Source: Escherichia coli (GTDB taxonomy: Bacteria; Pseudomonadota; Gammaproteobacteria; Enterobacterales; Enterobacteriaceae). Taken from it: a DNA stretch of 64,000 nucleotides. Below the pieces are notes generated by a model. The model did no database searches and was not told the origin of the DNA. It saw only the letters and a list, made by a program, of their open reading frames with translations. The stretch is from assembly GCF_036507355.1 (NCBI RefSeq), contig NZ_AP027877.1. One strand, 5' to 3'. The translations under genes and the position numbers were made by a program. Each line of letters begins with the position of its first letter. Position 1 is the first letter of the stretch. This document shows, piece after piece, positions 1-10,029 of this stretch.

Positions 1-2
1 TG

Positions 3-797
3 CGCGGGCAGTCTTCCATTACCGCGACTTTATATGCCGGTTTGCAACTGATCATGCCGGGCGAAGTGGCACCGAGTCATCGTCATAATCAGTCGGCGCT
101 GCGTTTTATTGTTGAAGGCAAAGGGGCATTTACCGCCGTTGATGGCGAACGCACGCCAATGAATGAAGGCGATTTTATCCTGACCCCGCAGTGGCGCTGG
201 CACGATCACGGTAACCCTGGCGACGAACCGGTTATCTGGCTCGATGGGCTGGATCTGCCATTAGTGAATATTCTGGGCTGCGGTTTTGCCGAAGATTATC
301 CGGAAGAGCAACAACCGGTAACGCGTAAAGAGGGAGATTATCTGCCGCGTTACGCTGCCAATATGTTGCCGCTGCGGCATCAGACGGGGAACTCCTCGCC
401 GATCTTTAACTATCGTTATGACCGCAGCCGCGAAGTGCTGCACGATTTAACCCGACTGGGCGATGCCGACGAGTGGGATGGCTACAAAATGCGCTACGTC
501 AACCCGGTCACCGGCGGCTATCCGATGCCGTCGATGGGCGCTTTCCTGCAACTGCTGCCGAAAGGGTTTGCCTCACGCGTTGCGCGTACCACTGACAGCA
601 CCATCTACCATGTGGTGGAAGGTAGCGGGCAGGTCATCATCGGCAATGAAACCTTCAGCTTTAGTGCAAAAGATATCTTCGTGGTGCCGACCTGGCATGG
701 CGTGTCGTTCCAGACCACGCAAGATTCCGTTTTATTTAGTTTTTCGGACAGACCGGTACAAGAAGCCCTGGGGCTGTTCCGCGAAGCGCGTTATTAA
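3..797 (+). CDS. gentisate 1,2-dioxygenase, C-terminal part (5' end lies before the window; mhbD-like)
   Basis: Open frame from position 3 with no stop; cupin-type motifs ([19 protein letters not shown], second cupin module); first gene of a D-H-I-M order matching known 3-hydroxybenzoate clusters. Confidence 0.7.
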   Translation, partial: RGQSSITATLYAGLQLIMPGEVAPSHRHNQSALRFIVEGKGAFTAVDGERTPMNEGDFILTPQWRWHDHGNPGDEPVIWLDGLDLPLVNILGCGFAEDYPEEQQPVTRKEGDYLPRYAANMLPLRHQTGNSSPIFNYRYDRSREVLHDLTRLGDADEWDGYKMRYVNPVTGGYPMPSMGAFLQLLPKGFASRVARTTDSTIYHVVEGSGQVIIGNETFSFSAKDIFVVPTWHGVSFQTTQDSVLFSFSDRPVQEALGLFREARY

Positions 798-811
798 TTT
801 AGGAGAGAAAA

Positions 812-1513
812 ATGACTCAATACGTATTCGAACCGCAAGCGCCCGTTACCGTACCGGTTGTTGGCAGTGATGAACAATTCCCCGTGCGCCGCGTTTACTG
901 CGTCGGACGTAACTATGCCGCTCACGCCCGCGAAATGGGCTTTGATCCGGATCGTGAACCGCCATTCTTCTTCTGCAAACCGGCGGATGCCGTTGTTCCG
1001 GTTGCCGCTGGTGAAACGCTGGCGCTGCCGTATCCGGCACAGACCGATAACTACCATTACGAAATTGAACTGGTGGTGGCGATTGGTAAAAAAGGCAGCG
1101 ATATCCCGCTGGAACACGCCCATGAATATGTCTGGGGTTATGCCACGGGTCTTGATATGACTCGGCGTGACCGTCAAATGGAAATGCGCCAGATGGGCCG
1201 CCCGTGGGAAATCGGTAAAGCGTTTGATCTCTCAGCGCCCATCGCGCCGCTGCACAAAGCCCGCGATATCGGCGGTATTGATAATGCGCCAATCTGGTTA
1301 CAGGTTAACGGCGAAGATCATCAGCGCAGCGATATTCGCCATCTCATCTGGTCGGTGAATGAAACCATCAGCTATCTGTCAGGCTTCTTTGAGCTGCAAC
1401 CGGGCGATCTGATCTTCACCGGTACGCCGGAAGGGGTTGGCCCGGTAGTGAAAGGTGATGTGATCACAGGCAACGTCGAGGGCTTAACGCCTATCGCGGT
1501 GAAGATTGTCTGA
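812..1513 (+). CDS. fumarylpyruvate hydrolase (fumarylacetoacetate hydrolase family; mhbH-like)
   Basis: 233-aa ORF with FAH-fold sequence; RBS-like aggagag 8 nt upstream; 14 nt after preceding gene. Confidence 0.7.
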   Translation: MTQYVFEPQAPVTVPVVGSDEQFPVRRVYCVGRNYAAHAREMGFDPDREPPFFFCKPADAVVPVAAGETLALPYPAQTDNYHYEIELVVAIGKKGSDIPLEHAHEYVWGYATGLDMTRRDRQMEMRQMGRPWEIGKAFDLSAPIAPLHKARDIGGIDNAPIWLQVNGEDHQRSDIRHLIWSVNETISYLSGFFELQPGDLIFTGTPEGVGPVVKGDVITGNVEGLTPIAVKIV

Positions 1514-1518
1514 GGTGC

Positions 1519-2166
1519 ATGATGAAGCTGTACAGTTTTTTTAATAGTTCAGCGTCGTACCGGGTACGCATTGCGCTGGCGCTGAAAGGCATTAATTACC
1601 AGACCGAAGGGGTGAATATCCGTATTGGTCAGCAAAATGAACTGGCCTATCGGCGGATGAATCCGGTCGGGCTGGTGCCGACGCTGCTGACTGACGAGGG
1701 CGAATCACTCGGACAATCGCTGGCGATTATTGACTGGCTGGAGAGGCACTACCCGCAAGTTCCGCTGGTGCCGCAGGAAGAGCCGGCCCGCAACAAGGTG
1801 CTGGAAATTGTCTATGCCATCGCTTGTGATATTCATCCATTGAATAACTTGCGCGTGCTGCGCTACCTGACCGAAGAACTGAACGTCAGTGAAGAAGAAA
1901 AAAAACGTTGGTATGCGCACTGGATCCAGCAAGGGTTAAGCGCGGTGGAACAACTGTTGCGCCAGAACCAGTCGGGGCAATTTTGTGTGGGCGAGACGCC
2001 GACGCTGGCAGATTGCTGCCTTGTCCCGCAGTGGGCGAACGCGCTACGCATGAACTGCGATTTGAGCGGGTATCCACGCTGCAAAGCGGTGTACGACGCC
2101 TGCACACAGCTGCCAGCGTTCATTGCCGCAGCGCCAGAAAATCAACAAGATAAAATTTCAGCCTGA
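1519..2166 (+). CDS. maleylpyruvate isomerase (zeta-class glutathione S-transferase; mhbI-like)
   Basis: 215-aa ORF with GST N-terminal thioredoxin-like region (SSASYRVRIALALKGINY); 5 nt after upstream gene. Confidence 0.7.
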   Translation: MMKLYSFFNSSASYRVRIALALKGINYQTEGVNIRIGQQNELAYRRMNPVGLVPTLLTDEGESLGQSLAIIDWLERHYPQVPLVPQEEPARNKVLEIVYAIACDIHPLNNLRVLRYLTEELNVSEEEKKRWYAHWIQQGLSAVEQLLRQNQSGQFCVGETPTLADCCLVPQWANALRMNCDLSGYPRCKAVYDACTQLPAFIAAAPENQQDKISA

Positions 2167-2180
2167 CCAGGAGAACTATA

Positions 2181-3374
2181 ATGACGAAAGTGACACGCGC
2201 AGTAATTGTGGGAGGCGGGATCGGCGGTGCGGCAACTGCGCTGTCACTGGCCCGCCTGGGGATCAAAGTGGTGCTGCTGGAAAAGGCGCATGAGATCGGT
2301 GAGATTGGCGCGGGCATCCAGTTGGGGCCAAATGCGTTTTCGGCGCTGGACAGCCTCGGCGTCGGCGAAGTTGCCCGCCAGCGCGCGGTGTTTACCGATC
2401 ACATTACCATGATGGATGCGGTGAACGCCGAAGAAGTGGTGTGCATTGAAACCGGGCAGGCTTTTCGTGACCATTTCGGCGGCCCTTACGCGGTGATCCA
2501 CCGGGTTGATATTCACGCCTCGGTGTGGGAAGCGGTACTGACGCATCCGGACGTGGAATATCACACCTCCACCAACGTCGTGGATATTCGCGAGACGGAA
2601 GACGATGTCACCGTGTTTGACGATCGCGGCAATAGCTGGACCGGCGATATTCTGATTGGCTGTGACGGCGTGAAGTCAGTGGTGCGCCAGAGCTTATTGG
2701 GCGATGCGCCGCGTGTCACCGGACATGTTGTCTACCGTGCGGTTATCGATCGTGCCGATATGCCGGAAGATTTGCGCATTAACGCACCGGTACTGTGGGC
2801 GGGGCCGCATTGTCACTTGGTGCATTACCCTTTGCGCGGCGGCAAGCAGTATAACCTGGTGGTAACATTCCACAGCCGCCAGCAGGAAGAGTGGGGCGTG
2901 AAGGATGGTAGTAAAGAGGAAGTGCTCTCTTACTTTGAAGGGATTCACCCCCGTCCGCGCCAGATGTTGGATAAACCGACTTCATGGCGACGCTGGTCAA
3001 CCGCTGACCGTGAACCGGTGGCGAAGTGGGGAACGAAGCGCATAACGCTTGTGGGCGATTCGGCCCATCCGGTGGCGCAATATATGGCGCAGGGAGCCTG
3101 TATGGCGCTGGAAGATGCAGTAACGCTGGGTAAGGCGCTGGCGCAGTGTGAGGGTGATGCGGCGCAAGCCTTTGCGCTGTATGAGTCGGTACGAATTCCG
3201 CGCACCGCGCGCATCGTCTGGTCGACCCGTGAAATGGGGCGGGTTTACCACGCCGCAGGGGTAGAACGCCAGGTACGTAATCTGCTGTGGAAAGGGAAAT
3301 CGCAGGCAGAATTTTATCGCGGCATGGAGTGGTTGTACGGCTGGAAAGAAGATAACTGTTTGCAACCACGCTAA
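2181..3374 (+). CDS. 3-hydroxybenzoate 6-hydroxylase (FAD-dependent aromatic monooxygenase; mhbM-like)
   Basis: 397-aa ORF; N-terminal FAD dinucleotide-binding motif VIVGGGIGGAATALSLARLGIKVVLLEK; RBS aggaga upstream. Confidence 0.7.
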   Translation: MTKVTRAVIVGGGIGGAATALSLARLGIKVVLLEKAHEIGEIGAGIQLGPNAFSALDSLGVGEVARQRAVFTDHITMMDAVNAEEVVCIETGQAFRDHFGGPYAVIHRVDIHASVWEAVLTHPDVEYHTSTNVVDIRETEDDVTVFDDRGNSWTGDILIGCDGVKSVVRQSLLGDAPRVTGHVVYRAVIDRADMPEDLRINAPVLWAGPHCHLVHYPLRGGKQYNLVVTFHSRQQEEWGVKDGSKEEVLSYFEGIHPRPRQMLDKPTSWRRWSTADREPVAKWGTKRITLVGDSAHPVAQYMAQGACMALEDAVTLGKALAQCEGDAAQAFALYESVRIPRTARIVWSTREMGRVYHAAGVERQVRNLLWKGKSQAEFYRGMEWLYGWKEDNCLQPR

Positions 3375-3533
3375 GCACTTCTTCACCCAATCAGGCGCAC
3401 GGGCGGTCCCCTCGCCCCTTCGGGAGAGGGTTAGGGTGAGGGTAAAAATCTTGCCCGAATTAATCAGTAAGTCAGTTTGTCTGCAAACACAGGAGGCGCT
3501 AACATAGCGCCTCATTTTTTTGCGGGTGATGAT

Positions 3534-4484
3534 ATGCGTGTGTTACTGGCTCCGATGGAGGGAGTGCTTGACTCTCTGGTGCGTGAATTGCTGACCGAAG
3601 TTAACGACTACGATCTGTGCATCACCGAGTTCGTCCGCGTGGTGGATCAACTGCTGCCGGTGAAAGTCTTTCATCGCATTTGCCCTGAGCTACAAAACGC
3701 CAGCCGGACACCATCCGGTACGCTGGTGCGCGTGCAGTTGTTGGGTCAGTTCCCACAATGGCTGGCAGAGAACGCCGCCCGTGCGGTGGAATTAGGTTCC
3801 TGGGGCGTGGATCTCAATTGCGGCTGCCCGTCGAAAACGGTTAACGGTAGCGGTGGTGGGGCGACGTTACTCAAAGATCCTGAACTCATCTACCAGGGTG
3901 CAAAAGCGATGCGTGAAGCTGTACCGGCGCATTTGCCCGTCAGCGTGAAAGTGCGTCTGGGCTGGGACAGCGGTGAGAAGAAATTTGAAATCGCCGATGC
4001 GGTTCAACAGGCTGGTGCTACGGAGCTGGTGGTGCATGGACGGACAAAAGAGCAGGGTTACCGCGCGGAGCATATTGACTGGCAGGCGATTGGCGAGATT
4101 CGCCAGCGGCTGAATATTCCGGTGATTGCCAACGGCGAAATCTGGGACTGGCAGAGCGCGCAACAATGCATGGCGATCAGCGGCTGCGACTCAGTGATGA
4201 TTGGTCGCGGGGCGCTCAATATTCCCAACCTGAGCCGGGTAGTAAAATATAACGAACCGCGAATGCCGTGGCCGGAGGTGGTTGCTTTGCTGCAAAAATA
4301 TACCCGTCTGGAAAAGCAGGGCGATACCGGGTTATATCACGTAGCGCGGATTAAACAGTGGTTGAGTTATTTGCGTAAAGAATACGATGAAGCAACAGAA
4401 TTATTTCAGCATGTTCGTGTGTTGAATAATTCCCCTGATATTGCAAGGGCTATTCAGGCAATTGATATCGGTAAGCTGCGATAA
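3534..4484 (+). CDS. dusC: tRNA-dihydrouridine synthase C
   Basis: N-terminus [13 protein letters not shown] and length (about 316 aa) match E. coli DusC; ORF-track start at 3477 is an upstream in-frame extension. Confidence 0.9.
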   Translation: MRVLLAPMEGVLDSLVRELLTEVNDYDLCITEFVRVVDQLLPVKVFHRICPELQNASRTPSGTLVRVQLLGQFPQWLAENAARAVELGSWGVDLNCGCPSKTVNGSGGGATLLKDPELIYQGAKAMREAVPAHLPVSVKVRLGWDSGEKKFEIADAVQQAGATELVVHGRTKEQGYRAEHIDWQAIGEIRQRLNIPVIANGEIWDWQSAQQCMAISGCDSVMIGRGALNIPNLSRVVKYNEPRMPWPEVVALLQKYTRLEKQGDTGLYHVARIKQWLSYLRKEYDEATELFQHVRVLNNSPDIARAIQAIDIGKLR

Positions 4485-4871
4485 TAGTGGAATCGCAGTT
4501 TATCAGAGACAATGAATCGCTTATTCAGCTTCATCATCTTGTTGCGCTCCTTTCATGAGCTAAGCCACATATTGCCACTGGCGCAAGGAGCGCGCAGGGG
4601 GAGGACAATCGCCTCCTCCCCCTGCACCCCCGGGCTCTGGCGAACAAAATCGCCGCTGCGCGGTACCTTCAGCTTATCCCCTTCGGCTACCGGGTCGGGC
4701 GCGAGGAAACGTCCTTGTAAGACGCGCCCTCAGCCCACATCCATGTGGGCTGCCCCGGCCTTCGGGGAACGCTTCAGCGATTTTGACGCCACCAACACCG
4801 GAGCTGTTTGCAAATCAAGTACACAAAATATCTAGTTCCTGACCTGACAACTTATATGTCATATCTGATTT

Positions 4872-4955
4872 TTAAAATATCATCTTAAATACGCCAGTCA
4901 CCACCAGTAGCCCAATCAGGAAAATAATCAATACAGCCCAGAGTATAATTTTCAT
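4872..4955 (-). CDS. yohP: 27-aa small inner-membrane protein YohP
   Basis: Hand translation of minus strand gives MKIILWAVLIIFLIGLLVVTGVFKMIF; single transmembrane helix; too short for the ORF track. Confidence 0.7.
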   Translation of the reverse strand: MKIILWAVLIIFLIGLLVVTGVFKMIF

Positions 4956-5178
4956 TGGCGTTCCTTTATTTGTGAGTGCTGAATAAGTATAGGAAAAAAC
5001 GAAGCCCTTTGCCGTTATCCATAAACGATTAAGATAAATCGGAAGATATCATTCACTTAGTGTATATTTTTCTGGATATGTCGTTTTATTGCTACTGATG
5101 TATTGCCACGCGAAACTAAAAAATATATCGCAACACACGGTAATCTCCGCGCACCTTTTCTTACCTGATTATTCCCCC

Positions 5179-6615
5179 ATGAATCGTGATTCCTTTTATC
5201 CAGCCATCGCCTGTTTTCCGCTGTTACTGATGCTGGCCGGGTGTGCGCCTATGCATGAAACCCGCCAGGCGTTAAGCCAGCAAACGCCCGCTGCACAAGT
5301 TGACACCGCATTACCCACGGCGCTGAAAAATGGTTGGCCAGACAGCCAATGGTGGCTGGAGTATCACGATAATCAACTCACTTCCTTAATTAACAATGCA
5401 CTACAGAACGCACCGGATATGCAGGTGGCTGAACAGCGCATTCAGTTAGCTGAAGCCCAGGCGAAGGCAGTTGCTACTCAGGATGGTCCGCAGATCGACT
5501 TTTCTGCGGATATGGAGCGGCAAAAAATGTCGGCAGAAGGGCTAATGGGGCCGTTTGCTCTGAACGATCCGGCCGCAGGTACGACCGGTCCGTGGTACAC
5601 CAACGGAACTTTTGGCTTAACGGCGGGCTGGCATCTCGATATCTGGGGAAAGAATCGGGCGGAGGTTACTGCCCGCCTGGGTACGGTTAAAGCACGGGCG
5701 GCGGAACGCGAGCAAACCCGCCAATTGCTGGCTGGCAGCGTAGCCCGCCTGTACTGGGAGTGGCAAACCCAGGCGGCGTTAAACACGGTCTTGCAGCAAA
5801 TCGAAAAAGAGCAGAACACCATTATCGCGACCGATCGCCAGCTATATCAGAACGGGATTACTTCTTCAGTTGAAGGTGTGGAAACCGATATTAATGCCAG
5901 CAAAACCCGGCAGCAGCTCAACGATGTCGCGGGGAAAATGAAAATTATTGAGGCACGGTTAAGCGCACTTACAAATCACCAGACAAAGTCATTGAAGCTT
6001 AAACCGGTCGCGTTGCCGAAAGTGGCAAGCCAGCTTCCTGATGAACTGGGGTACTCCTTACTGGCCCGGCGGGCAGATTTGCAGGCGGCGCACTGGTACG
6101 TTGAGTCATCGCTAAGCACCATTGATGCGGCAAAAGCGGCATTTTATCCTGACATCAACCTGATGGCCTTCCTGCAACAGGATGCGTTGCACTTAAGCGA
6201 TCTGTTCCGTCATTCCGCGCAGCAAATGGGCGTTACGGCAGGCCTGACGCTACCCATTTTCGATAGTGGTCGTCTTAACGCCAATCTCGATATCGCAAAA
6301 GCTGAAAGCAACTTGTCTATCGCCAGCTACAACAAAGCGGTGGTTGAAGCGGTGAATGACGTGGCGCGGACAGCCAGTCAGGTTCAGACACTTGCGGAGA
6401 AAAACCAGCATCAGGCGCAAATTGAGCGCGATGCCTTGCGTGTGGTAGGTCTTGCGCAGGCGCGCTTTAACGCGGGCATCATTGCTGGTTCCCGCGTCAG
6501 CGAAGCCAGAATCCCCGCGTTGCGTGAGCGGGCCAATGGCCTGTTATTGCAAGGGCAGTGGCTGGATGCCTCCATTCAACTCACTGGTGCGTTGGGCGGG
6601 GGTTACAAACGCTGA
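5179..6615 (+). CDS. mdtQ: outer-membrane efflux lipoprotein (OMF family), apparently intact
   Basis: Lipobox LLLMLAGC after start MNRDSF; 478-aa OMF/TolC-like sequence with no internal stop. Confidence 0.8.
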   Translation: MNRDSFYPAIACFPLLLMLAGCAPMHETRQALSQQTPAAQVDTALPTALKNGWPDSQWWLEYHDNQLTSLINNALQNAPDMQVAEQRIQLAEAQAKAVATQDGPQIDFSADMERQKMSAEGLMGPFALNDPAAGTTGPWYTNGTFGLTAGWHLDIWGKNRAEVTARLGTVKARAAEREQTRQLLAGSVARLYWEWQTQAALNTVLQQIEKEQNTIIATDRQLYQNGITSSVEGVETDINASKTRQQLNDVAGKMKIIEARLSALTNHQTKSLKLKPVALPKVASQLPDELGYSLLARRADLQAAHWYVESSLSTIDAAKAAFYPDINLMAFLQQDALHLSDLFRHSAQQMGVTAGLTLPIFDSGRLNANLDIAKAESNLSIASYNKAVVEAVNDVARTASQVQTLAEKNQHQAQIERDALRVVGLAQARFNAGIIAGSRVSEARIPALRERANGLLLQGQWLDASIQLTGALGGGYKR

Positions 6616-6667
6616 TGATATGCGCCTTCTATACTTAACGTTTATTCAGCGTTAAGTGGAGAACTCG

Positions 6668-7429
6668 ATGGCACAGGTTGCGATAATTACCGCCTCCGAT
6701 TCGGGGATCGGCAAAGAGTGCGCATTATTACTGGCGCAGCAGGGGTTTGATATTGGCATTACCTGGCACTCTGATGAAGAAGGGGCAAAAGACACCGCGC
6801 GTGAGGTGGTTAGCCACGGCGTACGTGCGGAGATCGTGCAACTGGATCTCGGCAATCTGCCAGAAGGTGCGCAGGCGCTGGAGAAACTCATTCAACGGCT
6901 GGGGCGTATTGATGTGCTGGTGAATAATGCGGGCGCAATGACCAAAGCGCCGTTTCTTGATATGGCTTTCGATGAGTGGCGCAAGATTTTTACCGTTGAT
7001 GTCGATGGTGCATTTTTATGTTCGCAAATTGCTGCCCGCCAGATGGTGAAACAAGGGCAGGGTGGTCGCATCATCAACATTACGTCGGTACATGAACATA
7101 CGCCGCTGCCGGATGCCAGCGCCTACACAGCCGCTAAACATGCGCTCGGCGGGTTAACCAAAGCAATGGCGCTGGAGTTGGTCAGGCATAAGATTTTGGT
7201 GAACGCAGTCGCACCTGGGGCGATCGCTACGCCAATGAACGGCATGGATGATAGCGACGTGAAGCCCGACGCGGAGCCTTCGATTCCTCTGCGGCGTTTT
7301 GGCGCAACGCATGAGATTGCCAGCCTGGTGGCGTGGCTTTGTTCGGAGGGTGCAAATTACACCACCGGGCAGTCGTTGATAGTGGATGGCGGCTTTATGT
7401 TGGCGAATCCGCAGTTCAACCCAGAATAG
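6668..7429 (+). CDS. yohF: short-chain dehydrogenase/reductase
   Basis: N-terminus MAQVAIITASDSGIGKE (Rossmann TGxxxGIG) and 253-aa length. Confidence 0.85.
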   Translation: MAQVAIITASDSGIGKECALLLAQQGFDIGITWHSDEEGAKDTAREVVSHGVRAEIVQLDLGNLPEGAQALEKLIQRLGRIDVLVNNAGAMTKAPFLDMAFDEWRKIFTVDVDGAFLCSQIAARQMVKQGQGGRIINITSVHEHTPLPDASAYTAAKHALGGLTKAMALELVRHKILVNAVAPGAIATPMNGMDDSDVKPDAEPSIPLRRFGATHEIASLVAWLCSEGANYTTGQSLIVDGGFMLANPQFNPE

Positions 7430-7461
7430 CGCAGTGAGGTGCGTAGTTATTTCAATGGGTT

Positions 7462-7536
7462 AGGCCAGATAAGACACGCCAGCGTCGCATCAGGCATGGA
7501 ACACCCGGCGCCGGATGTGGCGTGAATGCTTATCTG
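7462..7536. repeat. REP/BIME palindromic elements (two copies)
   Basis: GCCAGATAAGACACGCCAGCGTCGCATCAGGC and GCCGGATGTGGCGTGAATGCTTATCTG match the REP consensus style, sitting between convergent yohF and yohD. Confidence 0.55.
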
Positions 7537-7547
7537 TGGCAACTGCT

Positions 7548-8126
7548 TTACGCCTGATTATCCGGCTTTTTCTTCCCGCGTCGTTTCAGCCACCAGCGCA
7601 CGCCTACCACCAGAACCACGACCAGAATCAACCAGACCCAGTGCTTCAAATGCTGGTCGAGATTGTGCAACCACGGCGCAATCACCTGACCACCAGCGTA
7701 ACCGATAGTGGTAAAAATCAACGCCCAGGCAAATGCGCCGAGAATATTCAGCGGCAGAAAGATTTTCGGCGGCAGCTGGCTGGCACCAATCAGCGTCGGG
7801 CCAATCACCCGAAAGCCATACATAAAACGCGTACCAATGACAAACAGATACGGATGGCGTTGGATCAGTTTCTGCGCCCGCTCAATTTTATCCTGATGTT
7901 TCGAGAAACGGCGTAACAGCTTGCCGCCAAACCGCCGCCCGCACAGATAAAGCACCTGGTCGCCAATCATGCCGCCAAGCGCTACAGAAAGTACCACCAG
8001 CGGGAACTTTAATAGCCCCTGATGTGCCGCAACGCCTCCCAGCAAAGTCACGGTTTCACCTTCCGCCAGGCTACCGATCACCAGCGCGGCATAACCATAT
8101 TGTGAGATGAGTGTATTGAGATCCAT
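7548..8126 (-). CDS. yohD: DedA-family inner-membrane protein
   Basis: N-terminus MDLNTLISQYGYAALVIGSLAEGE, 192 aa. Confidence 0.85.
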   Translation of the reverse strand: MDLNTLISQYGYAALVIGSLAEGETVTLLGGVAAHQGLLKFPLVVLSVALGGMIGDQVLYLCGRRFGGKLLRRFSKHQDKIERAQKLIQRHPYLFVIGTRFMYGFRVIGPTLIGASQLPPKIFLPLNILGAFAWALIFTTIGYAGGQVIAPWLHNLDQHLKHWVWLILVVVLVVGVRWWLKRRGKKKPDNQA

Positions 8127-8295
8127 AGGCCAGTCTGTCTCCCTTTGGTTGCCTGTAAGCATACACCCTGTAAATCATTCACGCTGAAAAAGGACATACA
8201 TAAGACGGTGCAAATCACATGAGCGAACAAAAAATAATCACAAGCTGACTTATACTTGAACTGTCAGGTTCATGAACTCACAACAAGGGGGCGGT

Positions 8296-8883
8296 ATGAG
8301 CCATGTCTGGGGACTGTTTTCCCATCCCGATCGTGAAATGCAGGTGATTAATCGCGAAAACGAAACGATTTCTCACCATTACACCCACCACGTTTTGCTG
8401 ATGGCGGCGATTCCGGTGATTTGCGCCTTCATTGGCACTACACAGATTGGCTGGAATTTTGGCGATGGCACTATCCTGAAGTTATCCTGGTTTACCGGAC
8501 TGGCGCTGGCTGTCCTGTTTTATGGCGTTATGCTCGCTGGGGTCGCGGTGATGGGGCGGGTCATCTGGTGGATGGCGCGTAATTATCCGCAGCGTCCGTC
8601 ACTTGCGCACTGCATGGTCTTCGCGGGCTACGTTGCAACTCCGCTGTTTTTAAGCGGTCTGGTGGCGCTTTATCCGCTGGTCTGGTTGTGTGCGCTGGTC
8701 GGCACGGTGGCGCTGTTTTACACCGGCTACCTGCTTTATCTCGGTATTCCGAGCTTCCTGAATATCAACAAAGAGGAAGGCCTTAGCTTCTCCAGTTCGA
8801 CGCTGGCGATTGGCGTGCTGGTACTGGAAGTGCTGCTCGCCCTAACCGTTATACTATGGGGCTACGGTTATCGTTTGTTCTAG
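8296..8883 (+). CDS. yohC: Yip1-family inner-membrane protein
   Basis: N-terminus MSHVWGLFSHP, 195 aa, multiple hydrophobic segments. Confidence 0.8.
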   Translation: MSHVWGLFSHPDREMQVINRENETISHHYTHHVLLMAAIPVICAFIGTTQIGWNFGDGTILKLSWFTGLALAVLFYGVMLAGVAVMGRVIWWMARNYPQRPSLAHCMVFAGYVATPLFLSGLVALYPLVWLCALVGTVALFYTGYLLYLGIPSFLNINKEEGLSFSSSTLAIGVLVLEVLLALTVILWGYGYRLF

Positions 8884-9056
8884 AAAGTTCTTTGACGTTG
8901 CATTGCTGGCGTAAATGTCAGCAATGCAGCATTTCCTCACGATTCTCCTTTGACGATCGCACTTTTTGCTCGTTATGATGGCGTCGCTAGCCTCAGTAAA
9001 TCCTTACTCCGGCGGTGCGCAACCCGTGCGCGTGAACCACTATCTGAATGCTCATC

Positions 9057-9989
9057 ATGCCGAAATTTCGAGTTTCTTTATTTAGCCTGGCCCTGATGCT
9101 GGCTGTGCCTTTGGCACCGCAGGCCGTTGCGAAAACGGCAGCCGCTACCACCGCTTCACAACCGGAAATTGCCTCCGGTAGCGCGATGATTGTTGATCTG
9201 AATACCAACAAAGTGATCTATTCGAACCACCCGGATCTGGTGCGTCCGATTGCGTCTATCAGCAAATTAATGACCGCGATGGTTGTGCTGGATGCACGAC
9301 TGCCGCTGGATGAAAAACTAAAAGTGGATATCAGCCAGACGCCGGAGATGAAAGGGGTCTATTCGCGCGTACGACTGAACAGCGAAATCAGCCGTAAAGA
9401 TATGCTGTTGCTGGCGTTGATGTCTTCAGAAAACCGCGCGGCGGCAAGCCTTGCGCACCATTATCCCGGTGGTTACAAAGCCTTTATTAAGGCGATGAAT
9501 GCGAAAGCGAAATCGCTCGGAATGAACAACACGCGCTTTGTTGAACCGACCGGATTGTCGGTGCATAACGTTTCAACCGCCCGTGACTTAACCAAACTGC
9601 TCATTGCCAGCAAACAATATCCGTTGATCGGGCAGTTAAGTACTACCCGGGAAGATATGGCAACCTTCTCTAACCCGACGTATACGCTGCCGTTCCGCAA
9701 TACTAATCATCTGGTGTATCGCGATAACTGGAATATTCAGTTAACCAAAACCGGCTTTACCAATGCGGCGGGCCATTGTCTGGTGATGCGTACGGTTATC
9801 AATAATAAACCGGTGGCGCTGGTAGTGATGGATGCGTTTGGCAAATATACCCATTTTGCCGATGCCAGCCGCCTGCGTACCTGGATTGAAACCGGTAAAG
9901 TGATGCCTGTTCCGGCAGCAGCGTTGAGCTATAAAAAACAAAAAGCCGCCCAAATGGCGGCGGCGGGGCAGACGGCACAGAACGATTAA
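9057..9989 (+). CDS. pbpG: D-alanyl-D-alanine endopeptidase (PBP7)
   Basis: N-terminus [25 protein letters not shown] (signal peptide); SxxK active-site motif SISKLMT; 310 aa. Confidence 0.9.
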   Translation: MPKFRVSLFSLALMLAVPLAPQAVAKTAAATTASQPEIASGSAMIVDLNTNKVIYSNHPDLVRPIASISKLMTAMVVLDARLPLDEKLKVDISQTPEMKGVYSRVRLNSEISRKDMLLLALMSSENRAAASLAHHYPGGYKAFIKAMNAKAKSLGMNNTRFVEPTGLSVHNVSTARDLTKLLIASKQYPLIGQLSTTREDMATFSNPTYTLPFRNTNHLVYRDNWNIQLTKTGFTNAAGHCLVMRTVINNKPVALVVMDAFGKYTHFADASRLRTWIETGKVMPVPAAALSYKKQKAAQMAAAGQTAQND

Positions 9990-9996
9990 GTGAATT

Positions 9997-10029
9997 ACGG
10001 ATGGCGATACTCTGCCATCCGTCATTTTT
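9997..10029. terminator. bidirectional intrinsic terminator between convergent pbpG and dld
   Basis: Perfect hairpin ACGGATGGC-GATACTC-TGCCATCCGT followed by TTTTT. Confidence 0.6.

Noticed and set aside
2779-3515. ORFs of 172-203 aa antisense to the 3-hydroxybenzoate hydroxylase gene
   Set aside because: Overlap a gene with clear FAD-binding motifs on the other strand; no RBS and no recognisable protein features.
3477-3533. Upstream in-frame extension of dusC proposed by the ORF track
   Set aside because: The conserved DusC N-terminus begins at [11 protein letters not shown]; the extension lacks an RBS and would overlap the promoter region.
4512-4835. 107-aa ORF on the plus strand between dusC and yohP
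   Set aside because: Low-complexity Pro/Ser/Arg/Gly-rich translation, no RBS, embedded in palindromic GC-rich DNA; more likely non-coding.
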